This document shows positions 21,598 through 30,726 of a stretch of 60,064 nucleotides of DNA, piece after piece (the stretch's first letter is position 1; each line of letters starts with the position of its first letter). This stretch comes from an uncultured Verrucomicrobiales bacterium. GTDB lineage: Bacteria; Verrucomicrobiota; Verrucomicrobiia; Verrucomicrobiales; DEV007. The notes under the pieces were generated by a model that did no database searches, had not been told where the DNA came from, and saw only the letters and a program-made list of their open reading frames with translations. A program made the translations under genes and the position numbers. The stretch lies in contig CALKOM010000007.1 in assembly GCA_938091905.1 (NCBI GenBank), forward strand, positions 1 to 60,064, read 5' to 3'.

Positions 21598-21920
21598 GGC
21601 TTCCTCCATAGATTGTCCAGCGTGTCTTGTAACACTTTCCACTGTCGTTGCTCCTCCTTCAAGGCCGTCTTCCCAGCAGAAACGAGTCTGTAATACTTCC
21701 GGCGACGCCCGGAGTCCGCTTTCTTCCACTCCGATTGAATGAGTTCCTGGCGCTCTAACCGATGCAGAATGGGATAAAGCATTCCGTCGGTCCACTGCAT
21801 TTCCTCGCCGGACAACTCGCGCACTCGTTGGATGATGGCATAGCCGTAGCTCTCGCCATCGGCGAGGATCGTCAACACCAGCGGTCGCGAGGAGGCTGCC
21901 ACGAGGTCCTTGTTAATCAT
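21585..21920 (-). CDS. PadR-family transcriptional regulator
   Basis: Pattern LVLTILADGESYGYAIIQRV..DGMLYPILHRLE..GRRRKYY.L...GK. Start ATG at 21920. Confidence 0.95.
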   Translation of the reverse strand: MINKDLVAASSRPLVLTILADGESYGYAIIQRVRELSGEEMQWTDGMLYPILHRLERQELIQSEWKKADSGRRRKYYRLVSAGKTALKEEQRQWKVLQDTLDNLWRKPCLT

Positions 21921-21931
21921 AGCACCTCTAT

Positions 21932-21948
21932 ACATAGCAGATCTAGGT
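21932..21948. promoter_or_regulatory. Imperfect palindrome, candidate PadR autoregulatory operator
   Basis: ACATAG-N5-CTAGGT, 11 nt upstream of the padR start in the divergent padR/sialidase gap. Confidence 0.4.
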
Positions 21949-22003
21949 TACTAAAGCAAAAACGTTGATATCGAGACCATTTCGCTGTGGGTGGTTTCAG
22001 GAG

Positions 22004-23188
22004 ATGGCTATGAGACCTCTCGCATCCGCCTTTTTCGCCTTCCTCATGCTGGCAACAACAGCGCCTGGAGAACCAGTTATTCCAGGAATCCAGCGTCCTG
22101 CGGTCATCATTCATCGCCAAGGCGAGCAAGACTGCCACACGACGCGGATTCCGGCCATGGCTCGGACAAACGTGGGAACCCTGCTGGCTGTCTACGACTT
22201 GCGATACAACTCCTCGAAGGACTTACAAGAACACATCGATATCGGACTGTCCCGTTCAGCTGATGGCGGCAAGACTTGGGAATCCCCGCGCCCGATCATG
22301 GATATGGGCGAGTTTGGAGGCAAGCCGCAGAAAGAGAACGGCTGTTCTGATCCTAACATCTTAATTGATCCATCAAACGGCCGTATCTTTGTCTCTGCCG
22401 TGTGGACCCATGGGAAACCCGGCACGCATCAATGGCAGGGCCGCGGATCCGAGCCAGGCTATGGCATCCATGAGACCGCTCAGTTTCTCATGGTGACCTC
22501 GGACGACGATGGCAAGACCTGGAGTAAGCCGAAGAACTGGACACGTGAGCTGAAACAGGAGTCTTGGTGGCTCTTTGCACCGGCTCCTGGGAATGGCATC
22601 GCGTTGAAAGATGGGACGCTCGTCATGCCGACTCAGGGGCGAGATGATGAGGGGCTTCCCTTCTCTAACTTCATGTGGAGCCGGGATCACGGGAAGAACT
22701 GGACGCTGGGGGCCGCAGCTCGAAAGGACACGACCGAATGTGCGGTGGCCGCCCTTTCTGATGGCAGCCTGCTGCTAAACATGCGCGATAATCGGAATCG
22801 CAAGGACAAGTCGGAGACGAACGGGCGCGCACTCTCGGTGACGAGTGATTTCGGCAAAAGTTGGACCGTCCACTCTGCCGATCACGGAGCCCTGCCTGAG
22901 CCGGTATGCATGGCATCGATGATCAGCCACACACTAGCAGATGGTCGCCACGTGCTTCTTTTCTCAAATCCACGCGACAAATATAAGAGACGTCACATGA
23001 CCATCCAGGCGAGTCTCGATGACGGAAAGACCTGGCCGGAGAAGCACCGGGTCTTGCTCGATGAAGGCAGTGGTCGAGGTTATTCGAGCCTCGCGATGGT
23101 CGATGAGCGCACGATTGGAATCATCTACGAGTCCAGTGTCGCCAACCTAGTTTTTCAAACGGTCCAACTGGCAGAACTCGGCTTGTAA
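22004..23188 (+). CDS. Exported sialidase-family (GH33) glycoside hydrolase
   Basis: Signal peptide, RIP motif, five Asp-boxes (S.D.G.[TNS]W), TTEC and GYSS catalytic-type motifs. Confidence 0.9.
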   Translation: MAMRPLASAFFAFLMLATTAPGEPVIPGIQRPAVIIHRQGEQDCHTTRIPAMARTNVGTLLAVYDLRYNSSKDLQEHIDIGLSRSADGGKTWESPRPIMDMGEFGGKPQKENGCSDPNILIDPSNGRIFVSAVWTHGKPGTHQWQGRGSEPGYGIHETAQFLMVTSDDDGKTWSKPKNWTRELKQESWWLFAPAPGNGIALKDGTLVMPTQGRDDEGLPFSNFMWSRDHGKNWTLGAAARKDTTECAVAALSDGSLLLNMRDNRNRKDKSETNGRALSVTSDFGKSWTVHSADHGALPEPVCMASMISHTLADGRHVLLFSNPRDKYKRRHMTIQASLDDGKTWPEKHRVLLDEGSGRGYSSLAMVDERTIGIIYESSVANLVFQTVQLAELGL

Positions 23189-23206
23189 CTGAAACGATTC
23201 CCGTTC

Positions 23207-25498
23207 ATGCGGTTAAAGGTGATCTTGAATCGCCTTTTACTCATCATCGTCAGCCTTCTCGCAGCACCTCAGGTTCACGGCAAGGATGTGGACTTTGCAC
23301 GCGACATCTTACCCATCCTTTCGGACAACTGCTTCGCCTGTCATGGACCAGATGCGAAAGATGGCCGCAAAGGTGATTTACGCCTAGACGATGAAGACGA
23401 TGTGAAGCGACAGCGCGATGGCTATCGCGTGATTGATGTGGCGACACCAAGTGAGAGCGTCCTTCTCTCACGCATCACCCATCAGGATCCGGATGAACAA
23501 ATGCCGCCACCTGAGGTGGGTCGTTCTCTGACGAGAGTTCAGCGAGAAACCATGCGGCAGTGGATTTCTCAGGGCGCACCCTGGGGGCGGCACTGGGCCT
23601 TCGAAATCCCCAAACGTCCTCCTACTGAGGGCCATCCGATTGACCATCTTGTCGAGCGAACCCTTGCTGAAGAGCGCCTCACTCCGAATGAGCGCGCCCC
23701 ACGAGCCACCTTAATTAGACGTCTCAAACTGGATCTCACGGGTTTGCCGCCTACACCTGAAGAAACGGCCGCTTTCTTAAATGACTCCCAACCAGATGCC
23801 TGGGAAAGGCTCGTGGACGAGACTCTGGAATCGCCCGCATATGGCGAGCGGATGGCTTGGGATTGGCTAGAAGCCGCACGCTATGCCGATACCAATGGTT
23901 ATCAGGGCGACAATGAGCGAACCATGTGGCCATGGCGAGATTGGGTCGTGAAGGCCTTCAATGAGAACCTCTCGTTTGATAACTTCACGATTTGGCAACT
24001 GGCTGGAGATCTCTTGCCCGAGGCGACGCATGAGCAGATCTTGGCCACGGGATTCAATCGCAACCACATGATCAACGGTGAAGGCGGTCGGATTCCGGAA
24101 GAGAATCGGGTGGATTATGTCATGGACATGGCAGAGACCATGGGAACGGTTTGGTTGGGACTAACATTAAACTGTTGTCGCTGTCATGATCACAAATTCG
24201 ATCCTCTGAAACAACGTGAGTATTACCAGTTCAACGCCTTCTTCAATCAGACGCCTGTCGATGGCGGTGGTGGCAATGCTCAAACGGCGCCCGTGCTCGC
24301 CATACCCAACGAGGCTCAGAAGAATGCCATTGCTGAGCAAGAAACGGCCCTGAAGGCCATGAAGGATCCGAAGAGAATCGAAGAAGCGAAGAAGGCTCTC
24401 AATCAAACGCGCGGCCGTATTCCTAAGGTCATGGTCATGAAGGACCGAGAAAAACATCGCCCAACCTACATCCTGAAGACAGGACTTTACGATCAGCGAG
24501 GCGAAGAGGTTGAAGCAGGTGTTCCGGAAGCCCTGCCTCCCCTACCCGATCCTGAGGACGCGGACCGCCTGGATCTCGCCCGCTGGCTTGTTTCCCCGAA
24601 TCACCCGCTCACGGCACGGGTAACGGTCAATCGCTTCTGGCAGATGCTCTTTGGAATCGGATTGGTGAAGACGGCAGAGGATTTCGGGGTTCAGTCAGAG
24701 TATCCCAGACAGAAGGAACTTCTCGATTGGCTGGCTGTGGAATTCGTAGAATCCGGTTGGAATCTCAAGCGGCTCATCCGCACGATCGTCACGAGTGAAA
24801 CCTACCAACGGAGCTCAAAGATCGCCTCACCTGAAGTCCACGAACGCGATCCTGACAATCGTCTCCTGGCGCGTGGGCCACGATTCCGCATGCCGTCGTG
24901 GATGCTTCGCGATCAGGCTTTGGCAGTTTCCGGGCTCCTGCAACCGGAGATCGGCGGACGTCCTGTTTACCCTTACCAGCCGCAAGGTATCTGGGCTGAG
25001 GCCACGTTTGGAAAGAAGCGCTATTCGCAAGGCAAGGGTCAAGAGTTGCATCGCCGCAGCCTCTACACGTTCTGGCGTCGCATTGTGGGCCCTTCGCTGT
25101 TCTTCGATACGGCCAAGAGACAGGTTTGCGAGGTCAAGCCACTGCGAACGAACACGCCCATGCACGCCCTGACGACCTTGAATGACGTCACCTTTGTGGA
25201 AGCAGCTCGTGCTCTTTCTAGTCAATTACTAACACAAACTAACGACGCCGCGGAGTGCATGGAATTCATTGGAATCCAGGTCCTTGGACGAGTACCCAAG
25301 ATCAGCGAGATCGCAGTCTGGAAACGCAGTTTAAATCGCGCGATGACGGCCTTCGAAGCGGCTCCGGAAGAGGCCAAGCGCTTTCTCAATCATGGCGTCG
25401 CAGAACGGCACGGGGAGCTGTCGGAGGTCGAACACGCCGCTTGGACGGCCCTTTGCCTAAACGTTCTCAACCTCGACGAGACCTTGACCAAAGAATAA
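23207..25498 (+). CDS. Planctomycete cytochrome c + DUF1549 + DUF1553 protein
   Basis: Motifs CFACHGPD, YGERMAWDWLEAARYADT, CCRCHDHKFD, RVTVNRFWQ and LNLDETLTKE. Confidence 0.93.
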   Translation: MRLKVILNRLLLIIVSLLAAPQVHGKDVDFARDILPILSDNCFACHGPDAKDGRKGDLRLDDEDDVKRQRDGYRVIDVATPSESVLLSRITHQDPDEQMPPPEVGRSLTRVQRETMRQWISQGAPWGRHWAFEIPKRPPTEGHPIDHLVERTLAEERLTPNERAPRATLIRRLKLDLTGLPPTPEETAAFLNDSQPDAWERLVDETLESPAYGERMAWDWLEAARYADTNGYQGDNERTMWPWRDWVVKAFNENLSFDNFTIWQLAGDLLPEATHEQILATGFNRNHMINGEGGRIPEENRVDYVMDMAETMGTVWLGLTLNCCRCHDHKFDPLKQREYYQFNAFFNQTPVDGGGGNAQTAPVLAIPNEAQKNAIAEQETALKAMKDPKRIEEAKKALNQTRGRIPKVMVMKDREKHRPTYILKTGLYDQRGEEVEAGVPEALPPLPDPEDADRLDLARWLVSPNHPLTARVTVNRFWQMLFGIGLVKTAEDFGVQSEYPRQKELLDWLAVEFVESGWNLKRLIRTIVTSETYQRSSKIASPEVHERDPDNRLLARGPRFRMPSWMLRDQALAVSGLLQPEIGGRPVYPYQPQGIWAEATFGKKRYSQGKGQELHRRSLYTFWRRIVGPSLFFDTAKRQVCEVKPLRTNTPMHALTTLNDVTFVEAARALSSQLLTQTNDAAECMEFIGIQVLGRVPKISEIAVWKRSLNRAMTAFEAAPEEAKRFLNHGVAERHGELSEVEHAAWTALCLNVLNLDETLTKE

Positions 25499-26976
25499 TG
25501 AGCGACGCCTGGAATATCCTCAATCCGAATTCGCCGAGCCCGGTGCAAGAGCGCCAGTTGGCGATGAATCGCAGACACTTCTTTGGGCGTTCGGCCAAGG
25601 GCATCGGAGGTGCGGCGCTCGCCACTCTTTTAGGCAAAGACGGCCTTATGGCGGCTGACTCGCCCGTCGCCTCGACCTTTGCGCCCAAAGCCAAGCGTGT
25701 CATCTACCTGTTTCAAAACGGCGCGCCTACCCATGTGGATCTCTTCGACTACAAGCCGCGGCTCCATGAGATGCACGGCAAGCCTGTCCCAGAGGAGTAT
25801 CTTGGCGACAAGCGCTTCAGCACCATGACCGGCGACCCGTCCGGCAAGCTGATGTTAGAACCCGTAGAACCTTTCGCGCAACACGGCAAGAGTGGTGCCT
25901 GGGTCAGCGAGTTCATGCCGCACACTGCGAAAGTTGTTGATGATCTCTGCTTCATCAAGAGCATGCACAGCGATGCGGTGAATCACGCCCCAGCGATCTC
26001 CTTTCTCCTCAGTGGCGCCCAGATACCCGGTCGCCCGACGCTCGGGGCTTGGTTAAATTACGGCTTGGGTTCGCCTTCGGAGGATCTTCCGGGCTTTGTC
26101 GTCATGACCTCGGTGAGCAAAGATACCAGTTGTGGCCAGATCTTCTACGATTTCTACTGGGGCTCAGGCTTTCTCCCCACGCGATTCCAAGGTGCCAAGT
26201 TCCGAGGAAGCAAGGACCCAGTGCTCTATCTCTCGAATCCTGATGGCATGAGCGCCAAGCTCCGCCGGGGTCTTCTAGATGACCTTGCCGAACTTAACCA
26301 TCAGAAATACGCCGAGGTCGGCGATCCGGAGATCCAGACTCGCATCGCTCAGTATGAAATGGCCTACAAGATGCAAACGTCTGTCCCAGAACTTACGGAT
26401 TTCTCGGATGAGCCGGACCATGTGCTGGACATGTACGGCCCCCAGGTTCGTGAGCCCGGCACCTTTGCCTACAATTGCCTAATGGCACGGAGACTCGCTG
26501 AACGCGGGGTTCGCTATGTTCAATGCATGCATGCTGGCTGGGATCAGCACAACAGCCTAACGACAGAGCTTTACACGCAATGCAAAGATACGGACCAAGC
26601 GAGCGCTGCCTTGGTCCAAGACCTCAAGATGCGTGGATTGTTAGACGATACGCTGGTAATTTGGGGCGGCGAATTCGGGCGGACACCGTTCATCCAGGGA
26701 GATATCAACAATCGCGTCCGTTGGGGCCGTGATCATCATCCCTATGCGTTTACCGTGTGGATGGCCGGTGGTGGCGTGAAGCCTGGAATGACCTATGGAG
26801 CGTCCGATGACCTGGGCTTTAACGCGATGGAGAATCCCGTGCACGTCCATGATTTCCAGGCCACATTATTGCATTTGTTAGGAATTAATCACGAACAGCT
26901 TACCTACCGATTTCAAGGTCGTTATTTCAGGCTAACCGATGTGCATGGCCACGTGGTAAATGACATCATTGGGTAA
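25498..26976 (+). CDS. DUF1501 domain protein (Tat signal)
   Basis: ATG overlaps the upstream TAA (TAATG). Motifs NRRHFF, AKRVIYLFQNGAPTH.DLFDYKP, WDQH, GEFGRTP and GRDHH. Confidence 0.93.
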   Translation: MSDAWNILNPNSPSPVQERQLAMNRRHFFGRSAKGIGGAALATLLGKDGLMAADSPVASTFAPKAKRVIYLFQNGAPTHVDLFDYKPRLHEMHGKPVPEEYLGDKRFSTMTGDPSGKLMLEPVEPFAQHGKSGAWVSEFMPHTAKVVDDLCFIKSMHSDAVNHAPAISFLLSGAQIPGRPTLGAWLNYGLGSPSEDLPGFVVMTSVSKDTSCGQIFYDFYWGSGFLPTRFQGAKFRGSKDPVLYLSNPDGMSAKLRRGLLDDLAELNHQKYAEVGDPEIQTRIAQYEMAYKMQTSVPELTDFSDEPDHVLDMYGPQVREPGTFAYNCLMARRLAERGVRYVQCMHAGWDQHNSLTTELYTQCKDTDQASAALVQDLKMRGLLDDTLVIWGGEFGRTPFIQGDINNRVRWGRDHHPYAFTVWMAGGGVKPGMTYGASDDLGFNAMENPVHVHDFQATLLHLLGINHEQLTYRFQGRYFRLTDVHGHVVNDIIG

Positions 26977-27096
26977 CAGGCTTCTCTCTGAATTTGTGAT
27001 CGTGATCAATGGAGAAGGCCTTACCGTCTAAGAATTCCGTCGACTTTTTGTAAAATTGTTTGTGAAAATGCGATATTCGATTCAATCTCACGGGCT

Positions 27097-27510
27097 ATGC
27101 AGAGATCTACTCTCATCTCCTCTTTGTTACTTGCGGCGATCGCAGTCTTCAGCCTCAGCTCCTGCAATAAACTCAAGATTCCCGATGACGTTGCTGGCCT
27201 CGCCGATGCTCTGAAAGGTGCGACATCATCGCTCCAAGGCATTGCTGATGCCGATGCTGGCGCGGCAATCGACAAAGCCAAAGAAGCTTTACCTGACCTC
27301 GATGGTGTCGGTTTCCAGCTCTCCAACGTGCAGGGGCTCCTAGCCAATCTTCCAGCTCCAGCGAAGGCTTTGGTGACTGAAGCGATCGAGAATTTCGCCC
27401 CTCAACTCGAAGCATTGATTGCAAAAGTGACTGCTATTCCAGGCGTCGGTGGCGCTATCCAGCCCGCACTCGACAAGATCACTGCCGGTCTCACCGCACT
27501 GAAAGGCTAA
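27097..27510 (+). CDS. Small Ala-rich helical lipoprotein
   Basis: Lipobox FSLSSC after a hydrophobic signal. Confidence 0.8.
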   Translation: MQRSTLISSLLLAAIAVFSLSSCNKLKIPDDVAGLADALKGATSSLQGIADADAGAAIDKAKEALPDLDGVGFQLSNVQGLLANLPAPAKALVTEAIENFAPQLEALIAKVTAIPGVGGAIQPALDKITAGLTALKG

Positions 27511-27530
27511 TTCCTTTTAACAAACAGCGA

Positions 27531-27562
27531 GCGCCGTCCTTTGGTTTTCCTGAGGATGGCGT
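27531..27562 (+). terminator. Probable terminator hairpin
   Basis: GCGCCGTCCT / AGGATGGCGT stem 20 nt after the stop; weak U-tract. Confidence 0.45.
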
Positions 27563-27587
27563 TCCTGCGTCCAGCTAGTGAGAATTC

Positions 27588-28646
27588 ATGGCGCAGGGTT
27601 TGCGTCTCCTTTCCCACATGCTAGAGGATTCGCGCTGCCAGACGCCTCCAATGTCCACTCCATCCGCCGTGTCTTCCGAGAAACTTCGCTCCACCTTTCG
27701 CTGGATGCTCTTGGCACGTACGTTAGAAGACCGGATTGCTAGTCTCTATCGTGCAGGCGGATCGATTGTCGGAGGTGTGTATTTGGGGCGAGGCCAAGAA
27801 GCCTTTAGCGGTGCCTTGGGAGCCTGCCTTTCGAAGAAAGACGGCGACATCTTCGGCGGTTTGATTCGGGACATGTCCGGTCGTCTCGCCTTTGGCGAGC
27901 CCTTGCTCGATCCTGTGCGTGCCTACCTTGGCTCCGCTGCTGGCCCCATGCGCGGTCGAGATGGAAACATTCACCGAGGCCGTCCCCAGGAAGGTTTGCC
28001 TGCCATGATCAGCCATCTGGGGGCCTTAGTCTCGGTCGTGACAGGAATGCTGCTGGCCCGCCGCCTGCAAGGAAAGGCGACGTGTGTGGGGGCCACGAGC
28101 ATCGGCGATGGTGCCACCTCGACGGGGTCCTTTCATGAAGCTGTTAACATGGCCGCCGTCGAAGGGCTTCCACTAGTCGTTGCGGTCGCGAATAACCAGT
28201 ATGCGTACTCAACGCCGACAGATCGGCAATACGCCTGCGAGAATCTGGTCGATCGCGCCCGCGGCTATGGTATTCAAGGGTACGTGGTCGATGGGACCGA
28301 TCTACGAGCGTGCTTGGAAACGTTCACCGAAGCCGTGGCTGCTGCGCGGGCAACGGGCAAACCACAGATGGTCGTAGGGAAACTTCTACGTCTCGCTGGG
28401 CATGGAGAACACGACGATGCTTCCTATGTCGATCCAGCTCTGAAAGAGGAACCCTCCGGACGCGATCCGATCGATGTTGCCACCGCCTATTTCGATGGGA
28501 TGGAGGTCCGCAAATGGCAGGAAGAGGCGCTGAAGCAGGTTGCCGAGGCAATCGCCAAGGCTCAGAACGAAGCGGGGCCGGACGCAGGTCATGAAACATG
28601 GTTGGCCCTTGCTTCAGAGCACCTTGTGGAGGGGCGGAGGCTATGA
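27588..28646 (+). CDS. TPP-dependent 2-oxoacid dehydrogenase E1 alpha subunit
   Basis: GQEA, TPP motif GDGATSTG...NN and RLAGHGEHD. The real start may be ATG 27651. Confidence 0.92.
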   Translation: MAQGLRLLSHMLEDSRCQTPPMSTPSAVSSEKLRSTFRWMLLARTLEDRIASLYRAGGSIVGGVYLGRGQEAFSGALGACLSKKDGDIFGGLIRDMSGRLAFGEPLLDPVRAYLGSAAGPMRGRDGNIHRGRPQEGLPAMISHLGALVSVVTGMLLARRLQGKATCVGATSIGDGATSTGSFHEAVNMAAVEGLPLVVAVANNQYAYSTPTDRQYACENLVDRARGYGIQGYVVDGTDLRACLETFTEAVAAARATGKPQMVVGKLLRLAGHGEHDDASYVDPALKEEPSGRDPIDVATAYFDGMEVRKWQEEALKQVAEAIAKAQNEAGPDAGHETWLALASEHLVEGRRL

Positions 28647-29608
28647 GCACGACCTACCTAGCCGCGATTCGCGAAGCTCAAGCGGTCGCCCTGCGCGAGG
28701 ATCCTAACGTATTCATATATGGGCAAGATATTGGTAAGTTTGGAGGAGCATTCAAGGCGACTAAGGGGCTGATCGATGAATTCCCCAATCGTGTCATGGA
28801 TGCTCCTATTAGTGAAGATGCTATGGTGGGGTTAGCAATTGGCGCAGCCATCGAGGGCATGAGGCCGATCGTCGAGATGCAGTTCGCTGACTTCTCTTCG
28901 ATTGGATTCAATCAAATCATCAATCAGGCTGCGACCCACTACTGGCGCACAGGGGTGCCTTGCCCGATCACGCTGCGCTTGCCATCAGGAGGCACGGCCG
29001 GAAGCGGCCCCTTTCACAGCCAGTCAATGGAGGCACTTTACGCCCACTATCCTGGACTCGTCGTTGTGACGCCAGCAACGGTGGAAGACGCGTACTCCAT
29101 GCTTCTGGAATCCATTCAACTGGACGATCCTGTCATCTTCTGTGAGCACAAATTGCTCTACTATCATTTGAAAGCAGACAGGCTTCCGACGGTGAATTTG
29201 CCAGTGGGGAAGGCTCGAATCGCACGTTCTGGCAGACACGCAACTGTCGTGACCTACTCAGCAATGCTGCACGAGTCACTGAAGGCTGCCGCAATGTTAG
29301 CTGAAGACGGCTTTCATGTCGAAGTTGTCGATCTCCGGTCAGTCAAGCCGATCGATACCGATACGATCCTCGGTTCAGTCGCCCGCACAGGACGCCTTCT
29401 TGCGGTTGGGGAAGCGTTTCCATGGGGTGGCGTCACTGCTGAAGTTCTCTCCCGGGTCGTGTCTGAGGGCTTCGATCTGCTAGACTGCCCCCCCATTCGT
29501 TTGAATGCCAAAGATACGCCGATTCCCTATCATCCAAACCTTTGGAAGGCACATCGGCCTACGGCTGATTCTATCTATGCGGCGCTGTCGGAATTGGTTC
29601 GTAAGTAG
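28643..29608 (+). CDS. 2-oxoacid dehydrogenase E1 beta subunit
   Basis: ATGA overlap with the alpha gene. Motifs GQDIG..GGAF..T.GL, DAPISE, EMQFADF, HSQS.E and DLRS..P.D. Confidence 0.93.
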   Translation: MSTTYLAAIREAQAVALREDPNVFIYGQDIGKFGGAFKATKGLIDEFPNRVMDAPISEDAMVGLAIGAAIEGMRPIVEMQFADFSSIGFNQIINQAATHYWRTGVPCPITLRLPSGGTAGSGPFHSQSMEALYAHYPGLVVVTPATVEDAYSMLLESIQLDDPVIFCEHKLLYYHLKADRLPTVNLPVGKARIARSGRHATVVTYSAMLHESLKAAAMLAEDGFHVEVVDLRSVKPIDTDTILGSVARTGRLLAVGEAFPWGGVTAEVLSRVVSEGFDLLDCPPIRLNAKDTPIPYHPNLWKAHRPTADSIYAALSELVRK

Positions 29609-29680
29609 GTTTCGAGTACGATAAGGCACAACTTTAGCATTGATTTGGTTTTCATCCTGCTACCCGGTTTATAATCATTT

Positions 29681-30361
29681 ATGAATTCCCGAACTTTTGT
29701 CTTTGTCGCCTTACTCGCGTTTGGCCCCTCTTTAACCGGGCTTTGTATGGAGAATGATCGCCTCGACCGAGATGAGCGTTCTCGTGTAGGTCACCTTTAC
29801 TCGAAGGTCATTCGAAACAAAGAGGTTCAAAACGCTCGGGCGGACTACGAAGCTTCTGCCAAACGTTATCACGATGTGTTGCGGGAGGCCATGATCAAGC
29901 GGGACCCCAAGGTTGAGTCTGCGCTCAAGAAGATTAAGCGTAATCCAGGATTGTTGGCAGAAGCTATCTGGGAAAAGCGTAACAACGATGTCCTCAACAA
30001 CTTACACCTACCGGTGCAACGTCTAGAGGACGGCGAACGCAAAGTTTGGAACCGCGCCATGGGCCAACTGCGTGAGAAGGAGATGACCAAGGCCTTCGGA
30101 AAGCGCCTCAAAGACAACTACCACGCGCAGGCGAAGCTGCGAAAGAAGCAGATCAACATCATGCGGGACTTCAAGAATGAAGCCAAACGCAGTCTCGTGG
30201 AGATCGATGGCAAGGTGAAGCCAATTTTAGATAAGCTGATGACCAATGCCGCTCCAAAGCAAGTTCCCGAGAATAGCGGAGCTGCTGAAGCGGCGACTGA
30301 GGAAGTCGATTCGGCAACCGTTATACCAATGCCCATGCCGTCGGAAGAGGACGAGTGTTAA
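29681..30361 (+). CDS. Hypothetical exported helical protein
   Basis: Signal-like N-terminus and charged helical body, 226 aa. Confidence 0.7.
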   Translation: MNSRTFVFVALLAFGPSLTGLCMENDRLDRDERSRVGHLYSKVIRNKEVQNARADYEASAKRYHDVLREAMIKRDPKVESALKKIKRNPGLLAEAIWEKRNNDVLNNLHLPVQRLEDGERKVWNRAMGQLREKEMTKAFGKRLKDNYHAQAKLRKKQINIMRDFKNEAKRSLVEIDGKVKPILDKLMTNAAPKQVPENSGAAEAATEEVDSATVIPMPMPSEEDEC

Positions 30362-30501
30362 GGTTCGACCGAGGCCAATATTCCTCCACCAATGTCCAGG
30401 TAGTGGCGATTTCGGGCGGAAAGCCGTATTCCAGTGAGTTGTTAACCCGTGGCCAAGTGCCAATTGGTTAACAAACACTAATAATCAATGGCTTCTAACA
30501 G

Positions 30502-30521
30502 AATGTTCCCCGTGGAACATT
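30502..30521. promoter_or_regulatory. parS-like chromosome partitioning site
   Basis: TGTTCCCCGTGGAACA (30504-30519) has one mismatch to the palindromic parS variant TGTTCCACGTGGAACA and is flanked by AA/TT, in intergenic DNA. Confidence 0.7.
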
Positions 30522-30726
30522 TTGACAAATTTTATTTTAATTAGAACCCTTCTCAAGTCACTCGTCAGCTACCTCAAACATCCAGCAGCCATGGCAAAAG
30601 AGATGACCAAGAAGGATCTTCTTTGGAGCTAAGAATAAATTTAGTTGGGTGGTTCGAGGAAAGCGCGGTCTTGGGTTGGCATATCAGCCAAGGCTAGGCT
30701 AACCATGCGTCTTCTGAGCACGATCC

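Noticed and set aside
25255..25497. N-terminal extension of the DUF1501 ORF, and similar upstream extensions of metG, 38039, 40307, 53141 and 54981
   Set aside because: The extensions overlap neighbouring genes. Downstream ATGs give proper signal peptides or stop/start coupling.
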